Assembly (NCBI GenBank): GCA_048940925.1 | Contig: JBHLOC010000026.1 | Coordinates: 1 to 64,000, forward strand | Length of the DNA: 64,000 bases | From: Promethearchaeota archaeon | GTDB lineage: Archaea; Asgardarchaeota; Lokiarchaeia; Sigyniarchaeales; SOKP01 | Direction of reading: 5' to 3' | Part shown: piece after piece, positions 21,342-30,642 of the stretch | Layout: each line of letters begins with the position of its first letter | Numbering within the stretch: the stretch's first letter is position 1 | Translations under genes and position numbers: made by a program | Notes under the pieces: generated by a model | Told to the model about the DNA's origin: nothing | What the model saw: only the letters and a program-made list of their open reading frames with translations | The model's database searches: none

Positions 21342-21655
21342 TATTAAAGATATTCCCCAAAATTTAATATTTTTAAAAGAATTACAAAAATATCTAATTT
21401 ATTTGATAATATCACAACCTTAATTTTATGTTTCCTTTAATATTTTATAAAATAGACTTAATTTTTTGTAATGCCAAAACGTACAAACGTTCTATCTACA
21501 TGTTTTATATTAGATTTCATATTTAAGCTTTTTTTAAAGCTTAGGTCTTTATTTAATTTTTAATTATTATCAGTATTTGGTATAAACTCAATTAACTTGA
21601 GTTATATTATATAAAAAAAGAATATAAAAAAAAGAGATTTAGTTTTTAAGGAGAT

Positions 21656-21910
21656 TCAGCCACCGCCTATAGGGGGGAAGACTGCTATAACATCACCATC
21701 ATTAAGAATAGTCTCTTGATTTTTATGTGGCTTTCCATTAACCAGAATTATTGCTCTTCGGTTATCTCTTGGAATATTATATTTTTCGAATAGCAACTTA
21801 ACTTTACTCTTTTCGGGGATTTTGATAATTTCATTGTCGGGTCCAAATTCCCTTAATGTTGCGAAAAACTTTACTGTAACCGAAATTTCATTATTAGACA
21901 TCTTCATCAC
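21656..21910 (-). CDS. MoaD/ThiS ubiquitin-like sulfur carrier
   Basis: VKFFATLRE...ILVNG...L.DGD.IAVFPPIGGG. Confidence 0.9.
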   Translation of the reverse strand: MMKMSNNEISVTVKFFATLREFGPDNEIIKIPEKSKVKLLFEKYNIPRDNRRAIILVNGKPHKNQETILNDGDVIAVFPPIGGG

Positions 21911-22178
21911 GATTAAAATACCACTTATATAATAACGCCATATTTCGTGGAAAAAGAGCTATGGTGTCTTTATTTTTTACTTTTTTCATTAATCCAGCAT
22001 ATATTCCATTCACAATTATATGGCTAACCTCATTCTCCTTAATGTTTAACCTCTTCAGAATATCAACTATATATGTTATTTCTGAATTATCAATATCAAA
22101 CTTTAATGAAGTGGTACCTATAATTTGTGGTTTAATTTTCTTCCTTAAATCTCCAAATATTTTCAAGTGTATTGGCAT
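21894..22178 (-). CDS. MoaD/ThiS-like beta-grasp protein lacking C-terminal GG
   Basis: LKIFGDLR...IIVNG...D.IALFP, then RNMALLYKWYF instead of GG. Confidence 0.75.
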   Translation of the reverse strand: MPIHLKIFGDLRKKIKPQIIGTTSLKFDIDNSEITYIVDILKRLNIKENEVSHIIVNGIYAGLMKKVKNKDTIALFPRNMALLYKWYFNRDEDV

Positions 22179-22198
22179 TTTTCTTAATAACCTATTTC

Positions 22199-23938
22199 CT
22201 AGAAAACACTATCTAAATCATCATTTGAAACGTCAAAGACCGTATTATGTGGTGGGAGTTTTTCTTCAAGAATGAATTCAGGAAGTCTATCATGCATGGA
22301 CGTAAATCCTGCTTTTTTATTAAAATCTAGTTCTGTATCAATAATTGATTTTCCAAATGGTCCTACATCATCAACAGTTAGATTTGTTCCTAAAACACCA
22401 TTTAAAGATTCAACGACACCTTCTAATCCTTCAGGAATATCGAGTACTGCAAAAGCAATAAAAAGACAATACCCCGTGGAATCAACAGCAGCTGTGGCTA
22501 ATTGTAAATTACGAGACACTTCTGCTTTTTTTGGATCCAGTGGATCTAGTTGACCGCCTACGCCTAAAACTTCTGGAGCAATAGCATAACCAGCAGTATG
22601 GTCAGCACCCATTGGTGTTGTTGCATATGTTACACCTATTCCTTTAATTGCCCTTGGGTCATAAGCAGGAAATCCTTGACCTTTAACTGTCGGTATCCTT
22701 GTAACACCTAACACCTTGCCGGTAATTTCTGTCCCATTAGCTAAAATCTTTCCAGTTGGTGTTTTCTTGCGTATTTCTTCCATGAGTTTTAAAGCTGTTT
22801 TTCCATCTCCAAAATCGGCTAACCCTCCTTCCATTGCTACTGCTAATGTATCTCCCGCTTCTATTGTGTCACATCCTAGATCATTACAAGCACGGTTTAA
22901 CTCACCAATTTCATCTAAATTATAGATTCCACAATTTGGACCAAGCGACCAAACACTTTCATATTCAAGGACACCAACTGGATCTTTACCACCTGGCTTT
23001 ACCCAAACTTCTGAACATTGTATAATACAACCAGGATTACAAAAGTGTGGTCTTTGACCACCTCTCTTTTTAATTATGTCTGCCTTTGCTTCACCAGACA
23101 TTTGTTCCACTCGATCATCTTGACCAGCAGAAAAATTTCTCTGAGGGAGACCGCCTATCTCATTTATTATATTGACTAATACACTTGTACCATAAGAGTT
23201 AAGTGCACCTCCTGGTTTTGTAACATCATGAGTTGTTAGAGCATCTCTTAATTTTTTAATACCTGCCTTAAATACTTCTTGATTCGCAATTTCTACTCCT
23301 GGAGCACCTGTTTCGTCAACTACTATAAATTTTAAGCCTTTCGATGCCATTACAGCACCTAGACCACCTCTTCCAGCATATCTACTGGGTAATCCTTCAG
23401 GATCATTAAAACAAACTCCTGACATAGATCCAAGGACTTCAGCAGCTATTCCAACTCCGCATATTCCTATTTTCTCACCAAATTGTTTGAAAAGATCTTT
23501 ATAAGTATCATATAATCCTTTTCCCACCCATTTTTTAGCATCAATAAATTCTGCACCATCATTTGTTACTTTTAATAGATAATAATCATCCCCTTTATGT
23601 TTACCCTCTACGATTATTACACCGATTCGCATTCTTGCTAGCATTTGTGAAAAAGGAGTTCCTGCATTAGCCTCCTTTATACCACCAGTTAAGGGTGATT
23701 TTCCACCAACAGAAATTCTTCCGCTGGAGGGTGCTGCAGTTCCCGTAACAATCCCTGGGGCTAATACGAGTTTATTATGAATCCCCAATGGATCACAAGT
23801 CGGAGGTACTTCTTTAGCAACAATGGTAGAAGTCATGCCGCGTCCGCCTAGTGTTTTATATTCATCCGGTAAATCTTCGAATTTGGCTTCCAGATTAGTC
23901 ATATTTACTCTTAATATTCTTTTCGGTATATTTATCAC
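22199..23938 (-). CDS. aor: Tungsten-dependent aldehyde:ferredoxin oxidoreductase family protein
   Basis: KSPLTGGIKE.NAG, GRGGLGAVM.SK.LK, CNPGCIIQC, EYES, G.DTIE.G, YDPR. Confidence 0.9.
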   Translation of the reverse strand: MINIPKRILRVNMTNLEAKFEDLPDEYKTLGGRGMTSTIVAKEVPPTCDPLGIHNKLVLAPGIVTGTAAPSSGRISVGGKSPLTGGIKEANAGTPFSQMLARMRIGVIIVEGKHKGDDYYLLKVTNDGAEFIDAKKWVGKGLYDTYKDLFKQFGEKIGICGVGIAAEVLGSMSGVCFNDPEGLPSRYAGRGGLGAVMASKGLKFIVVDETGAPGVEIANQEVFKAGIKKLRDALTTHDVTKPGGALNSYGTSVLVNIINEIGGLPQRNFSAGQDDRVEQMSGEAKADIIKKRGGQRPHFCNPGCIIQCSEVWVKPGGKDPVGVLEYESVWSLGPNCGIYNLDEIGELNRACNDLGCDTIEAGDTLAVAMEGGLADFGDGKTALKLMEEIRKKTPTGKILANGTEITGKVLGVTRIPTVKGQGFPAYDPRAIKGIGVTYATTPMGADHTAGYAIAPEVLGVGGQLDPLDPKKAEVSRNLQLATAAVDSTGYCLFIAFAVLDIPEGLEGVVESLNGVLGTNLTVDDVGPFGKSIIDTELDFNKKAGFTSMHDRLPEFILEEKLPPHNTVFDVSNDDLDSVF

Positions 23939-24054
23939 CTCTATATGTATAGCATTATATAATTGTGATTCTATTTTATTTATAGCTTATTATTATTATT
24001 CAAAACAACGATATGTTCTTGTAAACCAAACGTAAAAAATCATAAGTGAAAATT

Positions 24055-26019
24055 CTACAAGATCTTTAAATTTTCCTTAAAAATTGGTATATTAAGATAA
24101 CTTGCATAATTTTGAGTATGGTAAATTTTTTGATTTGCAACTTTATATTCCCCCGATTTACCTTCTCCTCCCAAATTAGAATTAATATCAAATCTTGGAA
24201 AGTTGCTTGAAGTTATTTCTATTCTAATTCGATGTCCTATTCTAAAATAATTTGATGTATTTCCTAAATTAATTTCAAATTTATAAGTCTTATTTGGATC
24301 TAAAAGCTTTGGAGTTTCTTCACCATGTCTATAGCGTGCTCTAATTCCTGCATCTAGAATATTAATAGCTTTTCCTCGAGGATATACATCAACTAGTTTC
24401 ACCATAAAATCAGTATCTATTGCTGATGAGGAAGCATATAGTATCATACTTACAGGACCAGTTACTTCAACCCCTTTTTCTAAGGGATCTGTTGAATATA
24501 TAAGAACATCATTTCTTTTTTCTGCATCTCTTTGATTTCGAGCTCCCATCAATATTCCTAAATTACGACCTCCTCTCGTGATCACAGGATTTAAAGGATC
24601 AAAAGCGTAATTATCTTCAGGTTCTTCATCTGGTTGCTTAAAGTTTAATATCCCATCTCCTTTTATACTATTTGCGGTCCATTGGGAATGAATAAATAAT
24701 TTTTTATACTCAATATTTTTTGGTGGCCAACTCTCTGTATACCTCCATATATTTTTTCCCATTACCCAATATTTAATAGATGGATTATTTATATCGGGAA
24801 AAGCTTTCTTATTATCCATTAGCCAATAGCGGTTCCAATTTAGGTTTACAATTTCTCTATAAAATCTTTGCATTCCAGCATTACGAAACATGCTTTCAGG
24901 ACGACCAGGTGCTCCATGAGCCCAACTTCCTATTATCATTTTTGAAAACTTTCCAGATTTTCCAATGGCCTTAGCTTTGATTTCTAAAAAGTCTTTTAAT
25001 TGCTTTTCAAAGAACATATCATACCATCCAGCGAGCATAAAAGCAGGTTGAGAAAACCTCTGCGTATCCATTTCTAAGAATCCAGGCATCTTTTTAGTAT
25101 CTTTTTCTAAGCCACGTGTTATTAAAAAATCATTTAGAAATTTAAAGTAGGTATTAAAGTTTCGTTTAGTAGGTTTAAAATTTTCAACTTTATAATAAGC
25201 GACTAATAGATCTTGTACTTCTTTTATAGTTTTTCCTTTTAATTGAGATAATTTAATTCGAGCTTTTTTATTTATAGGATCATTATATAGTGCATACTTG
25301 GGATTTAAGTATCTCTCCTTCATTAAATCTGTTAATGTATCTACCTCAGGAGCATCGTAATGAGACACTATGTTTACCATTATTCTATAAATAGAAGTAG
25401 TTAAGGCATGTATCTGTAGGCCTCCATTATCTTTCCATAAATTTCTAGTCGAAGTAACAGCAGGAATAATACATGTTAATAAATCATTATCCCAAGATAA
25501 CGCAAGTTGTGTAATTCCAAAATAACTACCCCCAGTCATTCCAATTTTGCCATTATACCAGTACTGTTTGGATATCCATTCAAGCGTCTCTAATCCATCT
25601 TCTCTTTCAGTGAATAAGTAATAATTAAATCCATCAGAATGCCCTGTACCCCTTATATCCTGTATACAACATATAAAACCATAGGAAGCATATGCATATC
25701 CTAAAATACTCAAACTTTCTTTCCAATATGGTAAACGTACTAGCATTGTAGGGCACTTTCTTTTTTTCTTAAATACTTCCTTGGGGACATACACATCAGT
25801 CGCTAATCGTGTTCCATCCTTTAATTTTAACATATATTCAGGATATCTTTTTATCCCATGCTTAGGGATTCCAGATCGTAATAATATTGCTATAATCTTT
25901 ACAAATGGCACTTTACCATGTTTCATAAAAAAAGATGAAATTTTTTTGATAAATTTAGGAAATTTTGGCTTAACTGCGACCTTTAAATAAGAAAAGTCAG
26001 TCACATAATTTTCTTTCAT
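24055..26019 (-). CDS. CocE/NonD family serine hydrolase
   Basis: DGTRLATDVY.P, QDIRGTG.SDG, GGSYFG nucleophile, GWYD, WAHG, SSNFPRFD.N. Confidence 0.92.
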   Translation of the reverse strand: MKENYVTDFSYLKVAVKPKFPKFIKKISSFFMKHGKVPFVKIIAILLRSGIPKHGIKRYPEYMLKLKDGTRLATDVYVPKEVFKKKRKCPTMLVRLPYWKESLSILGYAYASYGFICCIQDIRGTGHSDGFNYYLFTEREDGLETLEWISKQYWYNGKIGMTGGSYFGITQLALSWDNDLLTCIIPAVTSTRNLWKDNGGLQIHALTTSIYRIMVNIVSHYDAPEVDTLTDLMKERYLNPKYALYNDPINKKARIKLSQLKGKTIKEVQDLLVAYYKVENFKPTKRNFNTYFKFLNDFLITRGLEKDTKKMPGFLEMDTQRFSQPAFMLAGWYDMFFEKQLKDFLEIKAKAIGKSGKFSKMIIGSWAHGAPGRPESMFRNAGMQRFYREIVNLNWNRYWLMDNKKAFPDINNPSIKYWVMGKNIWRYTESWPPKNIEYKKLFIHSQWTANSIKGDGILNFKQPDEEPEDNYAFDPLNPVITRGGRNLGILMGARNQRDAEKRNDVLIYSTDPLEKGVEVTGPVSMILYASSSAIDTDFMVKLVDVYPRGKAINILDAGIRARYRHGEETPKLLDPNKTYKFEINLGNTSNYFRIGHRIRIEITSSNFPRFDINSNLGGEGKSGEYKVANQKIYHTQNYASYLNIPIFKENLKIL

Positions 26020-26065
26020 TAAATTGATAAAATAAGAATGACTTAAAAAGTTTTAAAATAATGAG

Positions 26066-26173
26066 TGGCAGGCTCGGGGGGATATATTCAAAAAACGCGA
26101 TTTGCATATCTTTTTGAACCCCCGGTCTTCAGCTTAGGAGGCTGCCGCCTTATCCAAACTAGGCCACGAGCCT
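26066..26173 (-). tRNA. tRNA-Arg(CCT) with a 30-nt intron in the T-loop (about 26084..26113) and encoded CCA
   Basis: Acceptor AGGCTCG/CGAGCCT-G-CCA; D-arm; anticodon loop CT-CCT-AA; T-stem GGGGG/CCCCC around a 37-nt insert that gives TTCAAAT after removing 30 nt. Confidence 0.9.
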
Positions 26174-26256
26174 AAGTTCACTTCTTTTTTCAATAATCCA
26201 ATGAAAGTATATTATAATAAAAGGTTGAATTAAATATATATATAAAATGTTTGGAA

Positions 26257-26421
26257 TTATAGATTGAGTTTACTTCTAATGTAGGCTACACCACAAATTC
26301 GGCAAAAATATTTATCGTTAATTAACATAGCTTTTTCTATCGGAATCTCCTCTTGACAGTTCATGACACAGCAAATTACTATTTTTTGCGTTCCCTCTTC
26401 CTCTTTAGACATTCTATTCAT
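26257..26421 (-). CDS. Small (54 aa) Cys-rich zinc-finger protein missed by the ORF track
   Basis: MNRMSKEEEGTQKIVICCVMNCQEEIPIEKAMLINDKYFCRICGVAYIRSKLNL*. Confidence 0.65.
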   Translation of the reverse strand: MNRMSKEEEGTQKIVICCVMNCQEEIPIEKAMLINDKYFCRICGVAYIRSKLNL

Positions 26422-26554
26422 CGAATTTACTGTAAGTTTTTATGTATAGAACTATAAAAATAACAAACCAAATCAAAAGGTTTTAATTTATTTTTAGTTA
26501 ATCACAATTATAATAGTTTTTTTTATAATAATTGTTTTTTCGAGTTTTTGTATA

Positions 26555-26824
26555 ATGTCGCGTGATAGTTATTCCAGATCAAATCGCCCTATAGATTATT
26601 TAAAGGATTCTATTGACAAAATAATTCTCATAAAAGTTAAGCGCAATAGACTCTTCCGGGCAATGCTACTTGGCTTTGATGAGCATCTGAACGTCTATGT
26701 CAAAGATGCTCAGCAAATATTTGAATATCAAGATGAAGATGGTAATATTCGAGAGGAACATGAAGATCTTGGAGAAATTGTAATACGTGGTGATAATATT
26801 ATATTTATAAATCTTGCAGATTAA
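26555..26824 (+). CDS. Sm/Lsm RNA-binding protein
   Basis: Sm1 P.DYL...LLGFDEHLN and Sm2 LGEIVIRGDNI. Confidence 0.93.
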   Translation: MSRDSYSRSNRPIDYLKDSIDKIILIKVKRNRLFRAMLLGFDEHLNVYVKDAQQIFEYQDEDGNIREEHEDLGEIVIRGDNIIFINLAD

Positions 26825-27133
26825 CCAATCCATCAAATTAATTGAATGTGAGCTTGTTTAACATATTTCCATCTACTATAGTCTATAATTAGAATTATTG
26901 AAAATTATAGTGATATGAGGAAGATTACTTAATAAATTATAAAATAAAATTTGAAATGATGAATTTCATTAACTGAATTTAATTCTTACGCAAGATAATC
27001 TTAGTTAAAAATATCAAAAAATTTATTTTTTTAATTTCAATCATCTTTCTTGTTATTTTTAAAATAGAATTCCCCAAAAATATAATTTTAAGTCAAGATA
27101 ATCTAAAATAATTGAACGAGAGTTTTTAAAAAA

Positions 27134-29200
27134 TTGAACAATAAAGAGATTAAAGAAAGGCAGGAAGCTGTAATTATTAATCCTAATTTAGGGCGTCCAA
27201 TATTTATAAATATTGATCCTAAATTAAAGACTAAAAAGTTTCAAACTGAGATATTATTTATTAGTAATATAAAGGATCCAAAAGAATTTGAAAAAAATGT
27301 TAAGGGAAAAATAAAATTAGTTCCGATCCTCGATTATCGATGGAAATTTAGAAAACTTTTCCAAATAAAGGGTAAAAAAGAAGAAGTTAAGAAAAAAGGG
27401 TTTTGGGGCAGACGAAAAAAAAGAAAATTAATAACAAAAGCGGCAAGTAAAGGTGAAAAAGACTATGATTTTAAAGTAGAGGATATTGATTATAAATTGA
27501 AAAAGTTGAAAGTCCATTCCTATAGAGGAGACGCATTGTCTTCTTCGGTTTTAAATATTGCGGAAATGTCTACAGTTTCAATGACAAATCTACAATTCAT
27601 AGAAACTATGACTCCTCAGGATTACTTACTAAAATATGGAAATTTTGGCAATCTTAATAAATTCTATAAAACCTCTATTGAAGTTGCTCTAAGTAAAGAG
27701 ATAAGGAAATTTCTGAAGACGAGAAATTTCGTAATGTTTGATATTGTTTATTCAAAAATTAATATTAATTATCACTCTATAGTTGTATCTAAACAAGAAT
27801 GGAATAATTTTTCATTTGTGCATGCTACTGATTTACATTTAGCAGAAAGAAATGATAGAATTTATGGAATTGTAAAAAATTGGACTGCATCTTCAATAAA
27901 AAAGAATGTTGATGAATTCATAAACATCTTCCGTAAGAAATTAAAAATTAAGAAAATGAAGGAAGATCAAAAAGAATCATTAACAGAACTTGAAATTCCT
28001 CTGAGAAAACGTCTAATAAATCCGAATAACCAATTTCGAAAGTTCATCAAAATAATGAATAGAAGAGTGCTTAAAAACGACATTGATTTTATTGTAATAA
28101 CTGGAGATCTTGTAGATTTTACAGTTTTGAGTCGATTATCTAAAAAAGTCCGAAAAATTGGTCAATTTGAATATAATGAAAGTAATTGGAAAATCTTTAA
28201 ACAAATAGTTCTCAATTCTAAGGATGAAAAACACTATAAGGGAGTAATTAAAGGTGAAGAGTTGCTCTGTCCTATACTTACAATAGTAGGAAATCATGAT
28301 TTTCGACCTTATCATTATGATATTACATGGGCCGAAATGTATAAGAAAATAGGATTAAATGCTGCTGAAGCTGTAGCATTAAATGAGCTCTTTTCAGCAT
28401 CACCCATCACCGCACTTGTAAAAACATCAATGGCACTTAAAGGGTATTTATCGGAAATTAATCCTTCTTTGGATTTTTCCTTATTCCTCGGAAATAATAA
28501 CTTTATTTTTTTAAATACTGGTTCAGATTCTTTTAAAAATTTTAAAGATTTAATCATGGGTCATCCCTCTGTAACTGGATTATTAAATAAACAAATTTTA
28601 TTCTTAGAAAATCTCATAAATCATAAAATTAAAGAGGGTACCAATACATTTCTCTTTTTACATGGTCCTCCAATAAATACTGGTGAAAAAAAAATAAAAA
28701 TAAAATTATTTGAAAAAAAAGGAAGTAGAATAATTAAGAATAAAGTAGAAGATTTTAAAGAGTCAATATTAAAAAAACTAGGTAAAATAGCTTCAAAAGC
28801 TCGAATAGATGGCTCATTCAATGTCAAATATGGAACAGTGTCATCAAATTGGGAAAAACTTATTGAATTTTGTAAAGATCATTGCTTGCTTACACTCGCA
28901 GGACATACTCACACTCTAAGAGAATATAGATTGGAAGATCCAGAGACTAAAACTAAAGTATATGCAGCTCTTCCTTTCAGTTTAAAAAAAATTGAAAATC
29001 CAGCAGCAGTATTCTTTGATGATTATTCAGAAATTTTAACCGACGCTGAAACAATCCAAACTAAAAGCCCATTTGTGGTTCAAACCCCTGCATTAGGACT
29101 TGGAGGATATAGAAATCCTGAAACTGCTGGTGCATATAGAGAAGTATTTCTTAAAGATGGGAAATTAACTTCTTTTAAAGTTAGATATATACATCGTTAA
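27134..29200 (+). CDS. Large calcineurin-like metallophosphoesterase
   Basis: HATDLH, TGDLVD, VGNHD, FLHGPP, AGHTH. Confidence 0.85.
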   Translation: MNNKEIKERQEAVIINPNLGRPIFINIDPKLKTKKFQTEILFISNIKDPKEFEKNVKGKIKLVPILDYRWKFRKLFQIKGKKEEVKKKGFWGRRKKRKLITKAASKGEKDYDFKVEDIDYKLKKLKVHSYRGDALSSSVLNIAEMSTVSMTNLQFIETMTPQDYLLKYGNFGNLNKFYKTSIEVALSKEIRKFLKTRNFVMFDIVYSKININYHSIVVSKQEWNNFSFVHATDLHLAERNDRIYGIVKNWTASSIKKNVDEFINIFRKKLKIKKMKEDQKESLTELEIPLRKRLINPNNQFRKFIKIMNRRVLKNDIDFIVITGDLVDFTVLSRLSKKVRKIGQFEYNESNWKIFKQIVLNSKDEKHYKGVIKGEELLCPILTIVGNHDFRPYHYDITWAEMYKKIGLNAAEAVALNELFSASPITALVKTSMALKGYLSEINPSLDFSLFLGNNNFIFLNTGSDSFKNFKDLIMGHPSVTGLLNKQILFLENLINHKIKEGTNTFLFLHGPPINTGEKKIKIKLFEKKGSRIIKNKVEDFKESILKKLGKIASKARIDGSFNVKYGTVSSNWEKLIEFCKDHCLLTLAGHTHTLREYRLEDPETKTKVYAALPFSLKKIENPAAVFFDDYSEILTDAETIQTKSPFVVQTPALGLGGYRNPETAGAYREVFLKDGKLTSFKVRYIHR

Positions 29201-29393
29201 TTGGTGAATGTAGTCATTGCTTTTTTCACTTGAACCCTAATTTCCAAAGATACTATTCATATTAGTTGATATTAGCATTGATAAAAGGACTAAGCATTAA
29301 ATAAAAATCTTAGAAAAAAAAAAGTAGAAAAGAAAATAACAAATTATAACTAAATAAGCATAAAATATAACCAAACTTAAATTTATTATTTCA

Positions 29394-30632
29394 ATGTTTT
29401 TAGATTTTTTTTTTTCCTTGAAAGCAATATTGAAGGTTAGTATTACAGAATTCATGACCTTATTGGAAGCACTCGATAAGGGATTAATAAAGAACACAGT
29501 TGATTTTTATTATATTTCTCGCTCGATTCTTTGTAAGAATGAACATTATTTTGATTTTTTTGACATAGCATTCGCTAATTATTTCAAAGATGCAGATTTA
29601 GATTTTCCTGAAGATATTAAACAAGAGTTATGGGAGTGGCTTCAAACAAATACATCAATTTTACGCTTACCTGGTTCTTTGAAAGAATTTTTTGGGAATT
29701 TAAGTTTAAAAGAAATGGAAGAACAATTTAGGAAATTACTTAAAGAACAGGAGCAAGAACATAATTTTGGAAATAAGTGGATTGGTACTCAAGGAGAGTC
29801 AAAATTTGGACACTCGGGTTTAAATATAGATGGTTTAAGAATTGGTGGTAACTATGGTATTCATAGTGCTTTGAAAATTGCTCAGAAAAGGATTTTTAAG
29901 GATTATAGAAAAGATTTAGTAGTTGATACGCGACAAATAAAAATTGCTTTAAAACGACTAAAAAGATTAGATGAAATCGGTAAAAAAGATGAATTAGATC
30001 TCCCAAAAACCATCCATGAGACTGGACGTAATGGTGGTGACATTGAATTAATTTTTAATAAAAGGAAAAAAAATAATATTAAACTTTTACTTTTAATGGA
30101 TGTTGGCGGAACAATGGACATCTATATACATCAGGTAAACCTCTTATTCTCCGCTGCTAATAACATATCACATTGGAAGGTTTTTAAGTATTTTTACTTT
30201 CATAATTGTATATATAATTATTTGTATGATAATGCCAAGCGAAATATAGATCAAGCTATAGAATTCGAAGATTTATTAAAAAAATACGATGATTCTTATC
30301 GGGTAATAATAGTGGGGGATCAAACCATGCATCGGAGCGAATTAGTTAATCCTCATGGCGCTCTTTATGATGATGTGAGTAGTAAAAAACCGGGAATATA
30401 TTATCTCAACGAAATTGCAAAACATTATAAAAAAAATGTGATTTGGCTAAACCCTGAACCACTTAGATTTGAATGGATGTCGTGGACCAAAATGAAAATC
30501 TCTAAAATCATTCCATCTTTCCCACTTACTATTCAAGGTATTGAAAAAGCTATGGATTACTTAAGAACTGGTGGTAAAAATCAATACACTACAGTAGACC
30601 TACTTAAGGATGTACCTCTAGCGTTATTTTAA
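29394..30632 (+). CDS. VWA domain CoxE-like protein
   Basis: KWIGT.G.S.FGHSG, LLMDVGGTM, FYFHNC, IVGD, WLNP. Confidence 0.85.
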   Translation: MFLDFFFSLKAILKVSITEFMTLLEALDKGLIKNTVDFYYISRSILCKNEHYFDFFDIAFANYFKDADLDFPEDIKQELWEWLQTNTSILRLPGSLKEFFGNLSLKEMEEQFRKLLKEQEQEHNFGNKWIGTQGESKFGHSGLNIDGLRIGGNYGIHSALKIAQKRIFKDYRKDLVVDTRQIKIALKRLKRLDEIGKKDELDLPKTIHETGRNGGDIELIFNKRKKNNIKLLLLMDVGGTMDIYIHQVNLLFSAANNISHWKVFKYFYFHNCIYNYLYDNAKRNIDQAIEFEDLLKKYDDSYRVIIVGDQTMHRSELVNPHGALYDDVSSKKPGIYYLNEIAKHYKKNVIWLNPEPLRFEWMSWTKMKISKIIPSFPLTIQGIEKAMDYLRTGGKNQYTTVDLLKDVPLALF

Positions 30633-30642
30633 AAATTATGTA

